This document shows, piece by piece, positions 1 to 12,024 of a stretch of DNA of 64,000 bases. A program made the translations under genes and the position numbers. How positions within the stretch are numbered: the first letter of the stretch is position 1; every line of letters starts with the position of its first letter. The DNA comes from Entomortierella parvispora E1425 (taxonomy: Eukaryota; Fungi; Mortierellomycota). The DNA lies in contig BQFW01000008.1 in the NCBI GenBank assembly GCA_020891255.1, forward strand, positions 3,231,401 through 3,295,400. The letters are read 5' to 3'. Under the pieces are notes generated by a model. The model saw only the letters and a program-made list of their open reading frames with translations. It was not told where the DNA came from and made no database searches.

Positions 1-1281
1 GATGAAGCCGCGGACTTGCATCAGCCAAGAGACATACTTGAGCTCGTAGAATCGAACCTCGGACATCCTGGTCAAGAAACTGTAAAGAAAAGGGGGGTGA
101 CATGGTGTTAGAATGGGCAACTGGATCCAAGTTTCATGAATTGAGCATCAATTCCAATATCCAAGCAACTAACCTTGGCTCGAAGGTGAAGAACTTGATT
201 ACTCTGATTCCCTGCAAAATCTCGGTCGCAACTCGAATTCTCGTGTCTGTCCATTTGGACGCCTGTTCTCGGATCGGACTCAGCTTTGTCATGGCCCAAG
301 CCTGCACCGGGTTCACAGTCATGAGTAAAAAGGTGCCCACCAAGGCAGAAGGTCCAATGAGGTGCCACAACAACACAACCGTTATCAAGGTAGCAAGGGG
401 AACAGCTATCAGCAACAACAAACCCTCACAGGTGCCCTCAACACGGCTGGTATCTGTTGACATGAGATTGAAAACTGTTCCATCTGGATAATCCAGGCGT
501 GCCTTCGAGGACATAACAGTAGCCTTTTTGAAAATAAGGTCAACTAGGGCAGTACGGAGGATGATGCCTGTCCGTGTACATTGAGAGGCCCAGACCTGAG
601 CCAATAGACACTGGATCATGCAGGTAATGAGGAGCAAGACTGCCAGCCGATAACCTTGACCGGAAGAAGGCCTTTCGTTGTTGTCTCCTTGAGAGCCTTC
701 GAGATAAGCAATGATCCATCCAAGGATGAATGGTACCAGCCTCGAGACGTTGTCTATGGTCAGTGGTTCGTAAACGAGGTTAAAAAAAACGATGATCTCC
801 CCTGCCTCGTGCAGCCTGCAACATTGGGCAAAGCACCCGACGTAATCTTACCAGATACAAACAGACAGATGATACCGAGCCAGTAGGTTGGCAATGCAAA
901 CCGGACAAGGGCTCTAAGCAGCGAGGGCTTTCGGTTCTTCAACTTGGCCTTGGTTTTCTCGTCCTCCCAGCAGACTGTCAGTTTCTCGCCGAGGACTTTA
1001 GTTTTCCATTGAGGCGCCATTTCAAAGATATCCTCCTCCTGAAGCTGCCGCCGGTAGCCAATCTTGAAGATGGGGTTCATCCAGGTGATGGTCACTCTAG
1101 AGTACAGAGGCGCCACGGTCTCTGGGTTGGGGGTTTCCTTGGTGCGATTGCCAGAGGTGGGCGTAGGTTGTCGTTGTGGTTGGCCGCTAGAGGGGTTTGT
1201 GCTTCCATACCGCTTGTTCTGTTGTGGTTGCCGCACAGCGCCTGGAGGCAACAGCGGCTGTGTTGCAGGCGGTGATGCCAT
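1..1281 (-). CDS. ABCC/MRP-type (YOR1-like) ABC transporter, 5' part only; the gene runs off the left edge
   Basis: ATG at 1281; inferred exons 1281-852, 753-174, 79-<1 with GT-AG introns. Lasso-motif-like LYSRVTITWMNPIFKIGYRRQLQEEDI and TMD1 motifs FNLMSTDTSR and DTRIRVATEILQGIRVIKFF; no TMD0. Confidence 0.9.
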
Positions 1282-3023
1282 GAGGGGGTTGGAATGGAGG
1301 GGAGTGAGGAGAGGGGAGAGAAGAGAGGACAGGCGGGTGAATGTGCTAATCAGAGGAGGAGATGCGTGGATCAGAAGGTGGAATGCGTGCCAAAGATGGA
1401 AGGAGATCGCCGCCCTTTTATGTCGACTGCAACGGCGGGCTGGTGCCTTGTGCGCCTTCTTCCCACAAGTCGATATAACCTTGATCAGCCTGCGGCGTGC
1501 CTCAATGTACCGGGAAAGAAGAGTCAGCGCTGCGATGCAAGGGGAATGTATGCCGCAGCCTGTTTGTTTGTTGTCGACGCCCAGTCATCGCTATTCATGA
1601 CCCACTCATGCGAGCAATATGAATCATCCGCTTGCTCAGTCAGGGAAACTTGGTTCTTTCATTTTTCTTTCTTTCTTTATTCATCTTTTTCTGTTCTTTC
1701 TAGAGATCATATCGAACCTCTCGTAGACAAGTGGGCACATAGAGTGGTACTTCTTGTGATTAAAGGTCCTTTTACTCTTTGCCGTGAAAAAAAAATAGCC
1801 AGATATGGGGAAATCTGGTCATTAGAGTATCGGCATGATGTTCAAGGTGTGGAGACTGAAGGGGATCATTTGTTTGGAATTCATCACATCATCTGTCGAT
1901 CGAAGGGGAGGCCCAACGGTTTCTTTTTTTTGGCATTGAGTTTATTCAGACATTCCAAACACATACTCACTATACCTGCTCTTCATGATCGTGTCGATCT
2001 CAATGGACCTTCAAACATACCTGTTGGATGAGAGAGAAGAAAAAAAGTCAGCAATTGCATTTTTTCAACGTCTTTCAACTCCCAAATTCAGGAGGGAGGG
2101 TTGTGTCAAAGAGTCAGGAGCTAGTTTTAATCTGTAGATGCATAGAAAAGACAAGCGTCGGCAAGACCTCGACACGATCACCAAGGGCATCAGAACCACG
2201 AGCTACTACACAAACTTGAACAAGATCCGCAAACGCATCGAAGCAGATCTAGAGATCTCCTAGCACCTCTTGCTTTTTGACGGCAATTGACACTCACCAT
2301 GCTTGACGAGGAACTACTGTTCCCCCAGAGAGCACAGCCTCAACACAACGATTCAAGTTCCGCAAGTACAGCAGCTCACGATCCCAACACAGCAATCGAT
2401 TGAAGAATCGCTTCAACAAGTCTCCCACCCCCGCTTCACACCAGCCAACGCCTCAGTCAAGAAAACCTCGAAAGAATTGCCAACTGATGATCCAAAGGAA
2501 TGTAGCGCCCTCATAGAATGGATTTAACTAGGTGTCATCATTTGGCGATCGACAACCCGTGAAGGTGATAATGAAGGAATGAAGGATGTCCTACCTTACG
2601 AAAAAACTCCTTGAAGGATGAGCGTGAAATTCCAACGGTAGGGATACAATATCAATCTAAAAGACCAAACATGAAAATGTTAGTCAATTGCTTCATCCGT
2701 TGTGGGAAATCTTTCAAGCGAAGAGCATTGAACGAAGGAGATCAGAGATCAAGGTTGTCTTCTCAATTGAGTCAGATGAAACACGGATGATCGAAATTTA
2801 GACATCATATTGCCTTTGTTCGTGCGGGAAGGTAATGAAAAGAGCCAGGGAACCGTGCACATACCAATTATAACGTCCTTGTACGCTCCAAAGCTGAACA
2901 CCTGCAACAACCATGCCTTGGGACCAAGAACTAATACTGGAAAAGGAACGTTGACGTTAGTTTACATTCCAAAGCATTGACTCAGGCAACATGCTCCAAC
3001 AACATTGTAGTTGAAGACTGAAT

Positions 3024-3402
3024 AATCAGAATAAAAATTTGGTAAACAGAGTATCTTCCATGGTCTCAAGTCAGAAGCAGAACTGAAAATAGGTGTCATC
3101 ACTTAAACACTCGCCAACAACAATGAAGGAAAAGGGAGGTTCACTTAAGTACTTACGTTGAGAAGGATCTATCAATGTGCTGACAAACGTCAGTCCATCT
3201 TGCTACATGAAATGCAAATCTAGATCTGAGAAGCAAAAGAATAAAATGGATTAGAATCCAATCTCAATTGCGTCTTTCATAATGTCCAAAATCCAATGAT
3301 TGAAGCAGAGACGATCAAAAATCAGAATAAAAATTTGGTAAACAGAGTATCTTCCATGGTCTCAAGTCAGAAGCAGAACTGAAAATAGGTGTCATCACTT
3401 AA
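3024..3402. repeat. 83-bp exact direct duplication (3024-3106 and 3320-3402)
   Basis: AATCAGAATAAAAATTTGGTAAACAGAG...AGGTGTCATCACTTAA occurs twice, 296 bp apart, read directly from the sequence. Confidence 0.9.
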
Positions 3403-5348
3403 GATCGATGTGCTTCAATCAAAGGATAGGGGAATGCGTTGTTCACAAAGATGGTACTTACAGCTCAATGGATGACGATGACTCGACAGCGTGAATGGCA
3501 GTCAGATGTGAAGGAAATATCTATTAAAAAAAACCAGAACAGACAAATTAATGACGATCCTTTGCACTTGTTTTTTTTTTTTTGCAATATTTTTGAGGTG
3601 TATCGATGAATCGTCAGATGGTAGTGCATGTTTCTTTTGCTCAGGTGCTCGCTGGAAACGGTTATGAAGTTATCCTCATTCGAATCGGTACAGCTGGAAG
3701 GGTGAAGAAGCGATATCCATGTCCAATTGCATACCTTGAAAAGATTTTTCTGGATTCATGAATCGGAAGTTGACATCCTGAATGGAGAATCTCGAGATGA
3801 ATCTGTGCGAGCAAAAAATAAAAATAGACCCGGGTTAGAATATTTTCTTTTTCAACGCGTTCTCATACAAAGGACAACTCTCGCGCCATACAGGCTGGGT
3901 TGATGAAGAGGTCAGAAACGAGGAATTCCATTTGTTTACGAAAGATCCACATAGTATATTCAGGGTATCATTTTACGTACAACTTTTCATCAGGAGTGAA
4001 ATCAAAGCAAGCGAGTAGCTGCGAAGGGGGAAAGAACAAAAAAAGAAGGCAACTGAGAAGAAAACTTACCACCAAAGCACAAGGTCAACCTCGGGGGAGG
4101 AGGGAAGGGGAGGATGAAGAAGAGAGAAGAGAAGAGAGGAAACACACTCGCCGCAACGGTAAAAATTTTTATGTACGTTCGATCTGATTCCAAACAACAA
4201 AAGTTAAGGTCACGTGATACATCGCATGATGTCGTGGAACATATCTAGATCGCACATATTGCAAAGCGCGTTTCGATCCCCTTTCGATGGCGACTTGTCC
4301 GTCAAGGATTGAGCAAAACGGAAGACCTTTGAGCATGACGCGATGAACAAGAAGGTTACATGCAATCTGTTCAACAGCACTAGTGCTATTTACCCCTGGT
4401 CCTGAAGCAGCTGCTGCATCAAACAATACAACAATAATGGATGGCGGGTGGCTGGCCTTGTGACAGAAAAAGGGGCAAGGCAACTCTGGGCACAGACAAT
4501 AATGTCAATAAAACACACGCACCGCAACGCACGCGCGATGTGGGTGAAAACGAAGGCGAGGTGAGTGATCTTGCCCTGAATATCGTGAACATGCCACCTT
4601 TTTCTTTTTTCTTTTTTCTTTTTTTTTTATAGGAGAGAGGGTCAGCAACCAAACCGCTCTCTTGCATCTCTCCCCCCTCTTGACTTACTGCCTTTTGCCC
4701 ATGCCAATGTCAAGGGCTCGACAGTGAATATAAAAAGAAGATCGATTGGGTGGAGACACAGGTTGCTCTGTTCAATGTGATGCCTGATGAGCACATGGGC
4801 ACCTGGCTGTCTTTGACGCCTTCCCTTTTTTTTTCTTTTTTTTTTTTGCACCCCCTTCTCTGGACACGAACACCCCCTCACCCCGCGCAGGAGCGAGACT
4901 GTCGGTTTTTCGGCTTGTCTGTGGGCACTTATTGTTGTGCAATCCGAGGAGCCTCTTTGACCCTCCTTCAGCAGAGGCGCAAGGTCAGCAAAAGGGAGGT
5001 CTGTCAGGTCATTCGTCCACAAAAATTGCCCCTTTCCTTGTCTTTGTTGACGCGGGTTGGGTGGAAAAAACTAGATCATGCCCCACCTGCTTGCCCCAGG
5101 TATAAAGGAGAGCCTGAATCGCCTGCGACAGCAGGGTTTACTTCCTTGTCTTCACCCCTCTGTCCTTCCACCTTCCCCCCTCCAAGCCGCTCCTCTCTCT
5201 CAACCACAACTAGACCTTTCCCGCGCAAAAAAAACAAGAGCCTTTCTCTCCTCGTACGCGCACGGCTGATCCACTTTTTCGTTCAACCCCAGTCAGATTT
5301 CTGATCTCCCCTCCATCAAAACCACTCTCCTTTTCAAAAGAAAAAACA

Positions 5349-7360
5349 ATGACCAAGAGTGACACCGAGGCCGAAGTAGTCGTCGCCGAGGTTGAAGTAG
5401 CCGAACCCGCCGTCGCGGCCTCATCGACAACTGAAGAAGAAGAGGAAGACATTGATATTGAGGCAGGATATTTGCAGAAGAAAGGAACCAACCCTTTGAA
5501 CCCCTGGAACAAACGCTATTTTGCCTTTGGAAGCGAACCCGTTGCACTTAGCAACCTGCAAGGTCTTCACAAGCGCAATGAACGGCGCGTCAAGGCTGCC
5601 CCTGCCCCCGCTGCAGCTGCGGAGCCAGCTGCGGAGGCTGCTGGAAAGGGAAAAGAACCGGCTAAGGATGCCCCCGCGGCTACTCCCGCGCCGAGCGTCC
5701 AGGAGGTCTATGAGGAAGCAAACAAGGACCTGTTGATCAACATTGCTCACGCAACGACCAAGGGTGAGGGTCTCTTATTTTACCACAAATCAGACGATGC
5801 TCTGCACCGCAGCAACCCGCTAGGCATCATCAACCTCCGAGATGTGAACTCTGTGGAACGCGTTGAGAAGTCTTCCAAGAACCGATCGTTTGTTGTGAAT
5901 ACCAAGAACCGTGACTACCACTTTTCTGCCGAATCGCCTCAAAAGGCTAAGGGCTGGGTGAAGGCCATCCAAGAAAAGGCCGATCAAGCAAAGGCGGCCA
6001 GCGACCCACAAGAGAGCCCTGAATTCCAAGAGATTTACAAGAAGTTGGGTATGTTTACTTGGCGCTGTGGGTGTATCTGTTCACTTGGAAAGGTCTTTCA
6101 TGTTGACGTTTATCTTCTGTTGTTTCTTCTGATCCATGCTTTTTTCCAACAGTTGCCCGTGAGGCATTCGAGCATGTCAAGAACTCTGCCAACATCGTAT
6201 CGGATGGAGATATCAACTCTGATGGTGAGCCAGACGATATCGAAATCGAGGGCGGCGAGCCGATCGTGAAGAAGCGTAAGTCCTTCTTCGGATTCTCTGC
6301 CGTTGCGACCAGCCATGAGAAGAAGAAGGAGGGCGGCATCACCACTGAAGTCTCAACTGAGCAGCACCAGGACTTGACTCACGTCCAGGACGGCGATGTC
6401 GATGCACTCAAGACGCACGAGTCTGAGAACGCCGTCGCCCACACAACTGATGGAGCTACCTCTCCTGCTCCTGCAGAGACTCCAAAGTCTCCCAAGGCAA
6501 AGAGTGGAGGCTTCAAGCTGTTTGGCAAGAAGGCGCCAAAGGTTGAAGAGGCCCCTGCCGCCCCTGCAGAGCACCCATTGACCGTGGACGAGGCCAAGGC
6601 CCAGGCATTGAAGGCTGTGGATGATGCAGTTGAGGAAAGCAAAAAGAAGGCTGCAGAGGCCAAGGCAGACCAGCCACCTGCTCCACCCGCGCCTGAGAAG
6701 AAACCAGGCTTCTTGGCCAGCCTCTTCCACAAGAAGCCCGTAAGTACTCATATGACATGACCACTCATATTCTGGACGGATCAATTGACTGACGGACCCC
6801 ATGTCTTTGTCGTTTTGCCCCCTTCCATATAGGCGGCTCCTCCTGCACAGGTTGCTACACCCAACGAAGAGACAGTTGTTGTCTCTTCTGAGAAGAATCT
6901 TTCGGATGTCGTCACTGCTGAAGGTGAGGCCACATCTCAGTCAGCTGCTGGTTTCTTCTCCAGGGTGACCAAGGGCAAGGACAAGAACGAGGTTGAGGTC
7001 AAGTCTTCCGAGATCAGCACCGACGATGTAGTTACAGCCGAGGGCTCCACTCACGTTCAGCACATTGAGGGCACGGATGCCAGCGCTGTCAAGGAGGACG
7101 GCGAGAACCGAGTAGATCTTTCCACCACGGACGAGACAGTTGCTACAGCCGATAAGGTTGAGCGCAAACCATCTCTCCTCAAGCGACTTGGCGATGCTGT
7201 TCGTCCTGCGAAGGCAGTAGAGGAGGCAGCGCCTGCAGAGGAAGCCGTCCCGGAGGAGACTGCAGAGGAGACTGCATCTGAAGTGCCTGCAGCTGCGACA
7301 GAGGTTGTTGTGGAGGACACTAAAGTCACCGAGGTCGCCGAGGTCGAAGTTGTTGCGTAG
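5349..7360 (+). CDS. Meu6-like (PH_6) split pleckstrin-homology protein with Ala/Glu/Pro/Lys-rich disordered tail
   Basis: Exons 5349-6048, 6153-6739, 6833-7360 join in frame. GYLQKKG...WNKRYFAFG and NIAHATTKGEGLLFYHKS...PLGIINL...AKGWVKAI resemble the fungal PH_6 family. Confidence 0.75.
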
Positions 7361-7668
7361 AATTTACTTTGACGACACGCGAAGGGAAATGTTCAACCTT
7401 TTACATCCATAGCCAGTTGAGGATCCATCCTAATTAAACATTGTATGCCCTGCTTCGCCCAGTGATGATCCCACCGCGACGCGAAAGTGACTGAACCCTC
7501 TCTCGCTTGAACCGCACGTGACGTGGTTTCTGATTTTTTTTCTCTCTCTCTGCCTGCCTCTCTCTTCCTCGACATGCACCTTCTCCCTTGTGTCATCGTC
7601 TCGCCGGAATCCATTCATTCCTCTTCATTCACCCTGCATTCTCCATCCCAAGCGTACTGAAAGGAGCA

Positions 7669-10600
7669 ATGTTCACTCTCACGGCTGCCCGCTCTCCCCA
7701 TTACGCCGGCTCCAGAGGCGTTATCGCGAAAACCCTCTTGACCTCTACTCGCGTGGTCCGCTGTGGAGGAAGCGGATCAGCGCTTTCGCTTTCACGCAAT
7801 ACCTCATCAAGACCTCTGTCAACTGCGAAACAGGGTCCATCCCCTCTTGGGGGTCGCCTCTCTTCCCGCTCTTTGCTCTCCAAGGACTCCTCTCGCGCGG
7901 GGTTGATCGCCTCCACAGTTGCTTTCAGCAACGGACGAGCACTCGCCCCATGGATCGTGGGATCTATCCGATGCTACCAGAACGGTAACGCAGCACCTCT
8001 TTTTTTCTGGCCTCTTCTCTTTTCTTCCTTTTTCGGAGAATGCTGTGCCTCATGGAGTTTTTGCTACACGGAGCATATTACGGTGGATTGCGCAGATCGC
8101 GATGGTTGGTTGAGTTTAAAACGAGTGTACTCACGTCCCCATGTACTGATGCTGTCGTCACAAATCACCCTAGGTCGAGGAGGAGGTGGGCCGCAGGGAT
8201 TCCGAATCCAGCCCACACCCGAACAGGACCAGAAAGGAAAAGCATTGGAACTCTACGTAAGTCGCAAGCAGCCACAATACCTTTCTAGATTTTTCCGTTG
8301 TTAAAAATAACCTTTTTTATGCGCACTCAGGGAACTGATCTGACCAAACGGGCGAGCGAGGGAAAGCTGGACCCGGTCATCGGGCGCGAAGAAGAGATCC
8401 GTAGAACTATTCAAGGTATCTCACTCTACCCACAACCAATAATTGCTCCTTCAGCGTTGACTGCCTCATCATACTAACCGATCTCATCCACCAGTGCTGT
8501 CTCGTAGAACAAAGAATAACCCTGTGCTGATCGGTGAGGCAGGTGTGGGTAAGACCAGTATTGCCGAGGGACTGGCTCAGCGCATTGTCAATGGTGAAGT
8601 CCCAGAGTCGATCAAGGATAAGAGAGTCATCTCGTTGGACTTGGGTGCCCTTGTGGCTGGTGCAAAATACAGGCAAGTTTTCACCGCATCTTGCGCGGGT
8701 CGTACTTCCATCTTGAAGCAAGCGAGGAAGCGCTAAACAGTTCAGCGCAATATTTCACAATTTAGAGGAGAGTTCGAAGAGCGCTTGAAGGCCGTCCTCC
8801 AGGATGTCACCGCAGAGGAAGGCAAAATCATTTTGTTCATCGATGAGCTTCATACACTGCTGGGTCTGGGCAAATCCGAAGGTGCCATGGATGCTGGAAA
8901 TATGTTGAAGGTAACTGATATGATTCAAAAAGGACTTGGAGGCAATTACATGCTTTGATGAATACTAATATCTTCACTGTTTTATTCATTAACAATAGCC
9001 TGCATTGGCGCGAGGAACCCTCCACTGCTGTGGTGCAACCACCATCGACGAATACCGCAAATATATTGAAAAGGACCCAGCACTGGCCCGTCGATTCCAG
9101 TCGGTGATGGTCAATGAGCCCTCGGTGGAGGACACCATCTCGATTTTGAGAGGACTCAAGGAGCGTTATGAAGTTCACCACGGAGTCCGGATCGCAGATT
9201 CTGCCCTTGTGGCCGCCGCTGTTCAAAGTCACCGTTACATTACGGATCGCTTCCTCCCCGACAAGGCCATTGACCTTGTGGACGAGGCCTGCTCCAAACT
9301 GAGACTGCAACAAGAGAGCAAACCCGACGTAATTGAGAGTTTGGATCGAAGCATTGTTACGATGGAAATCGAGCTGGAGAGTTTGAAGAAAGAGACGGAT
9401 CCTCTTTCTGTCTCTAGACGGCACAAGCTGGAGGATGATTTGTCCTCAAAGAAGCAAGAGTCTCGGAGATTGACAGAGATCTGGAAGGAAGAAAGGTAAA
9501 AGTCGGTACACTAGAGTCGGTTGTCTACGCTATTAGGACATGTCCTTGACATCTTTTCCTGTCTGCAATCTCAATAGAGAGAAGTTGGACAAGATCAAGA
9601 GCACCAAGGCTGACCTTGAGCAAGCTCGCATTGATCTTGAGGCCGCTCAGCGAAAAGGAGACTTTACTCGTGCTTCTGAGCTTCGATATGGTGTCATCCC
9701 TACTTTGGAGGCAAAGCTTCCCAAGGAGGAGACTACCTCTGTGGAGGCTATTGAGGGAGCAATGACCGGAACAGACTCTGCAGATTCTGTTGCTGAGGCC
9801 CCAATGCGCCCCTTGGGAACTCAGGAAGAGGTTGAGAGTTTGATCCACGAACGTGTCACTGCAGATGACATCTCGAGAGTCGTCGCTCGTATGACTGGCA
9901 TTCCCGTTCAGGTAAAGCATTAGCGTATTAGCCCGCGGACTTTGAGGTGACAATGTATAATATGACAACTAACGCTCAATTATCATCTCTGTCCTTTTAG
10001 AACCTACTGAAAGGAGAGAAGGAGCGCCTGCTCAGTATGGAGGCTGCGTTAGCAGAACGGGTGGTTGGTCAGGATGAAGCTATCGCAGCTGTCTCTGAGG
10101 CCGTGCGTCTCAGCCGAGCCGGGCTCTCTAGTCCCACTCGTCCTATTGCCTCTTTCCTGTTCCTGGGTCCTACCGGTGTTGGAAAGGTATGACCGATAGC
10201 TGGTCGTGGTTCCAAGCATGCTATGACACCGACCAAGTTCTAATTGTGTTGATTTTTCTTGTTCATCCTTTGACGCATCTTTTAGACTGAACTCTGCAAA
10301 GCTATTGCCAAGTTCCTCTTCGACACTGAAAATGCGATTGTTCGTATTGACATGTCCGAGTACATGGAGAAGTTCTCTACCTCTCGTCTCATCGGAGCGC
10401 CTCCTGGCTACGTTGGACACGAGGAAGGTGGCGAGTTGACAGAGGCTATTCGCCGCAAACCATACTCTGTGATTTTGTTTGACGAGATGGAGAAGGCCAA
10501 CAAGGACGTTTTCAACCTCATGCTCCAAGTCCTTGATGACGGTCGATTGACTGATTCCCAAGGTCGAACTGTCGATTTCCGAAACACCATCATTATCATG

Positions 10601-11113
10601 ACTTCGAATTTGGGTGCCGACATGTTGGCTTTGGCCGAGGATGATTCTTCGGCAAGAACACAATCGATCTCAGGCAAGACCTCTGTTTCGAAGAAGGCTG
10701 TTGAAGAAGGTGACGAGAGCAAGGTCACGGAGCAAGAGAAGGAAGCTGTGATGCAGGTGGTTCGACACCATTTTGCACCCGAGTTTGTGAACCGTATCGA
10801 TGATATGGTGGTCTTCAATCGATTGTCGCATCACGCCATCCGCGATATCGTCGATGTTCGTCTCAAGGAGGTTCAGTCTCGTGTCGAGGACAGACGCATC
10901 ACAATTGTGGCGGAACCTGAGGCCAGAGAGTGGCTCGCCAACCGTGGCTATAGCTCTGCCTATGGTGCTCGTCCCTTGAACCGTGTCATTCAGAAGCAGT
11001 TGCTGCAGCCATTGGCCAAGCTGATCATTGAAGGCAAGGTCAAGGTCGGTGAGGATGTTGATATTACGGTCGAAAATGATGCCTTGAAGGTCAAGCCCGG
11101 AACTATGAATTAA
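7669..11113 (+). CDS. HSP78: Mitochondrial ClpB/Hsp104-family disaggregase Hsp78
   Basis: Arg/Ser-rich, acid-poor presequence and no ClpB N-domain. NBD1 [38 protein letters not shown]; NBD2 [42 protein letters not shown]. Multi-exon. Confidence 0.95.
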
Positions 11114-11836
11114 ACAAGAAAAAAAGATGGGAGGAGATGGAGGAGTCATTCCCGTGTACCTTCCCATAAAAAAATGTACATAGAGTTGTCAGTGCCCGTC
11201 CAGATAAAAAAAAACTTCTAAAAACCACTTTCATGTATTGACCGGCCCTGAACACCTCCGATCTCGCGTTCGTTTGGTTTCTTGAGAGTATTCTCTTGAC
11301 CGAAAACCTGCTTAGATTGCAATTGAAGAAGCTGCTAGAAAGATGGAGATAGATGGATAGATCGATGCAAGTCTAGTTTGCTGTGCTTGAAACTTCCAGC
11401 GACAGTTTCGTTTTTGAGTCTGGTCGTGGTTGATGATGTGGATCAACAGGCAATGAGTGTTTCTTCATTGTAGAAGTAGCTCGGTCGTTTTTACCCAAAC
11501 TGTCACGCGTTGGATAAAAGGGAAAGGGCATGGTAACCGCATTGATCGGCACGCGCCAGTGTGCTCATCAAACAAACCAAGGCGCGCTAACACCATGCTT
11601 TTCTGGTTGGTTGGCTCTGATGCTCTGATTCCTTTCGTCGACCACCGTGGCGCGCTTTATGTTCATGGGATTGACTCTTCATCTCCTTCAAAAAAGACCA
11701 AGCAGGTCAGCAGAACAGTTGACGATGGTCAGTTCTGTTGCAGTACTCGCCAAAAAAAAAAAAAAAAGGGTACGCGTCTGGTTCCACAGACAGCAGGAAG
11801 AATCAGCAAAGGATCCAAAAAAACTGCAAAAAGAAG

Positions 11837-11908
11837 CTCCTCGACCGGGAATTGAACCCGGGTCTTCCGCGTGACAGGCGGAGATACTCACCACTATACT
11901 ATCGGGGA
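11837..11908 (-). tRNA. tRNA-Asp (GUC), intronless
   Basis: Reverse complement TCCCCGATAGTATAGTGGTGAGTATCTCCGCCTGTCACGCGGAAGACCCGGGTTCAATTCCCGGTCGAGGAG folds as a cloverleaf. Anticodon stem TCCGC/GCGGA with GTC; followed by a T-run terminator. Confidence 0.96.
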
Positions 11909-11956
11909 TTCGATGAAAATTTCTTTTCCACTATCCCTTAAGAATCACAAATCTAA

Positions 11957-12005
11957 TCACGTGACTATGACATCGCAAGCCACGTGCAAGCGCATAATCA
12001 CGTGA
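11957..12005. promoter_or_regulatory. Cluster of three CACGTG E-boxes (two as TCACGTGA) upstream of the tRNA
   Basis: CACGTG at 11958, 11981 and 11999; the same motif occurs in other intergenic regions (4211, 7515, 27162, 29236). Confidence 0.5.
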
Positions 12006-12024
12006 ACACCATGCAGTTTTTTGG

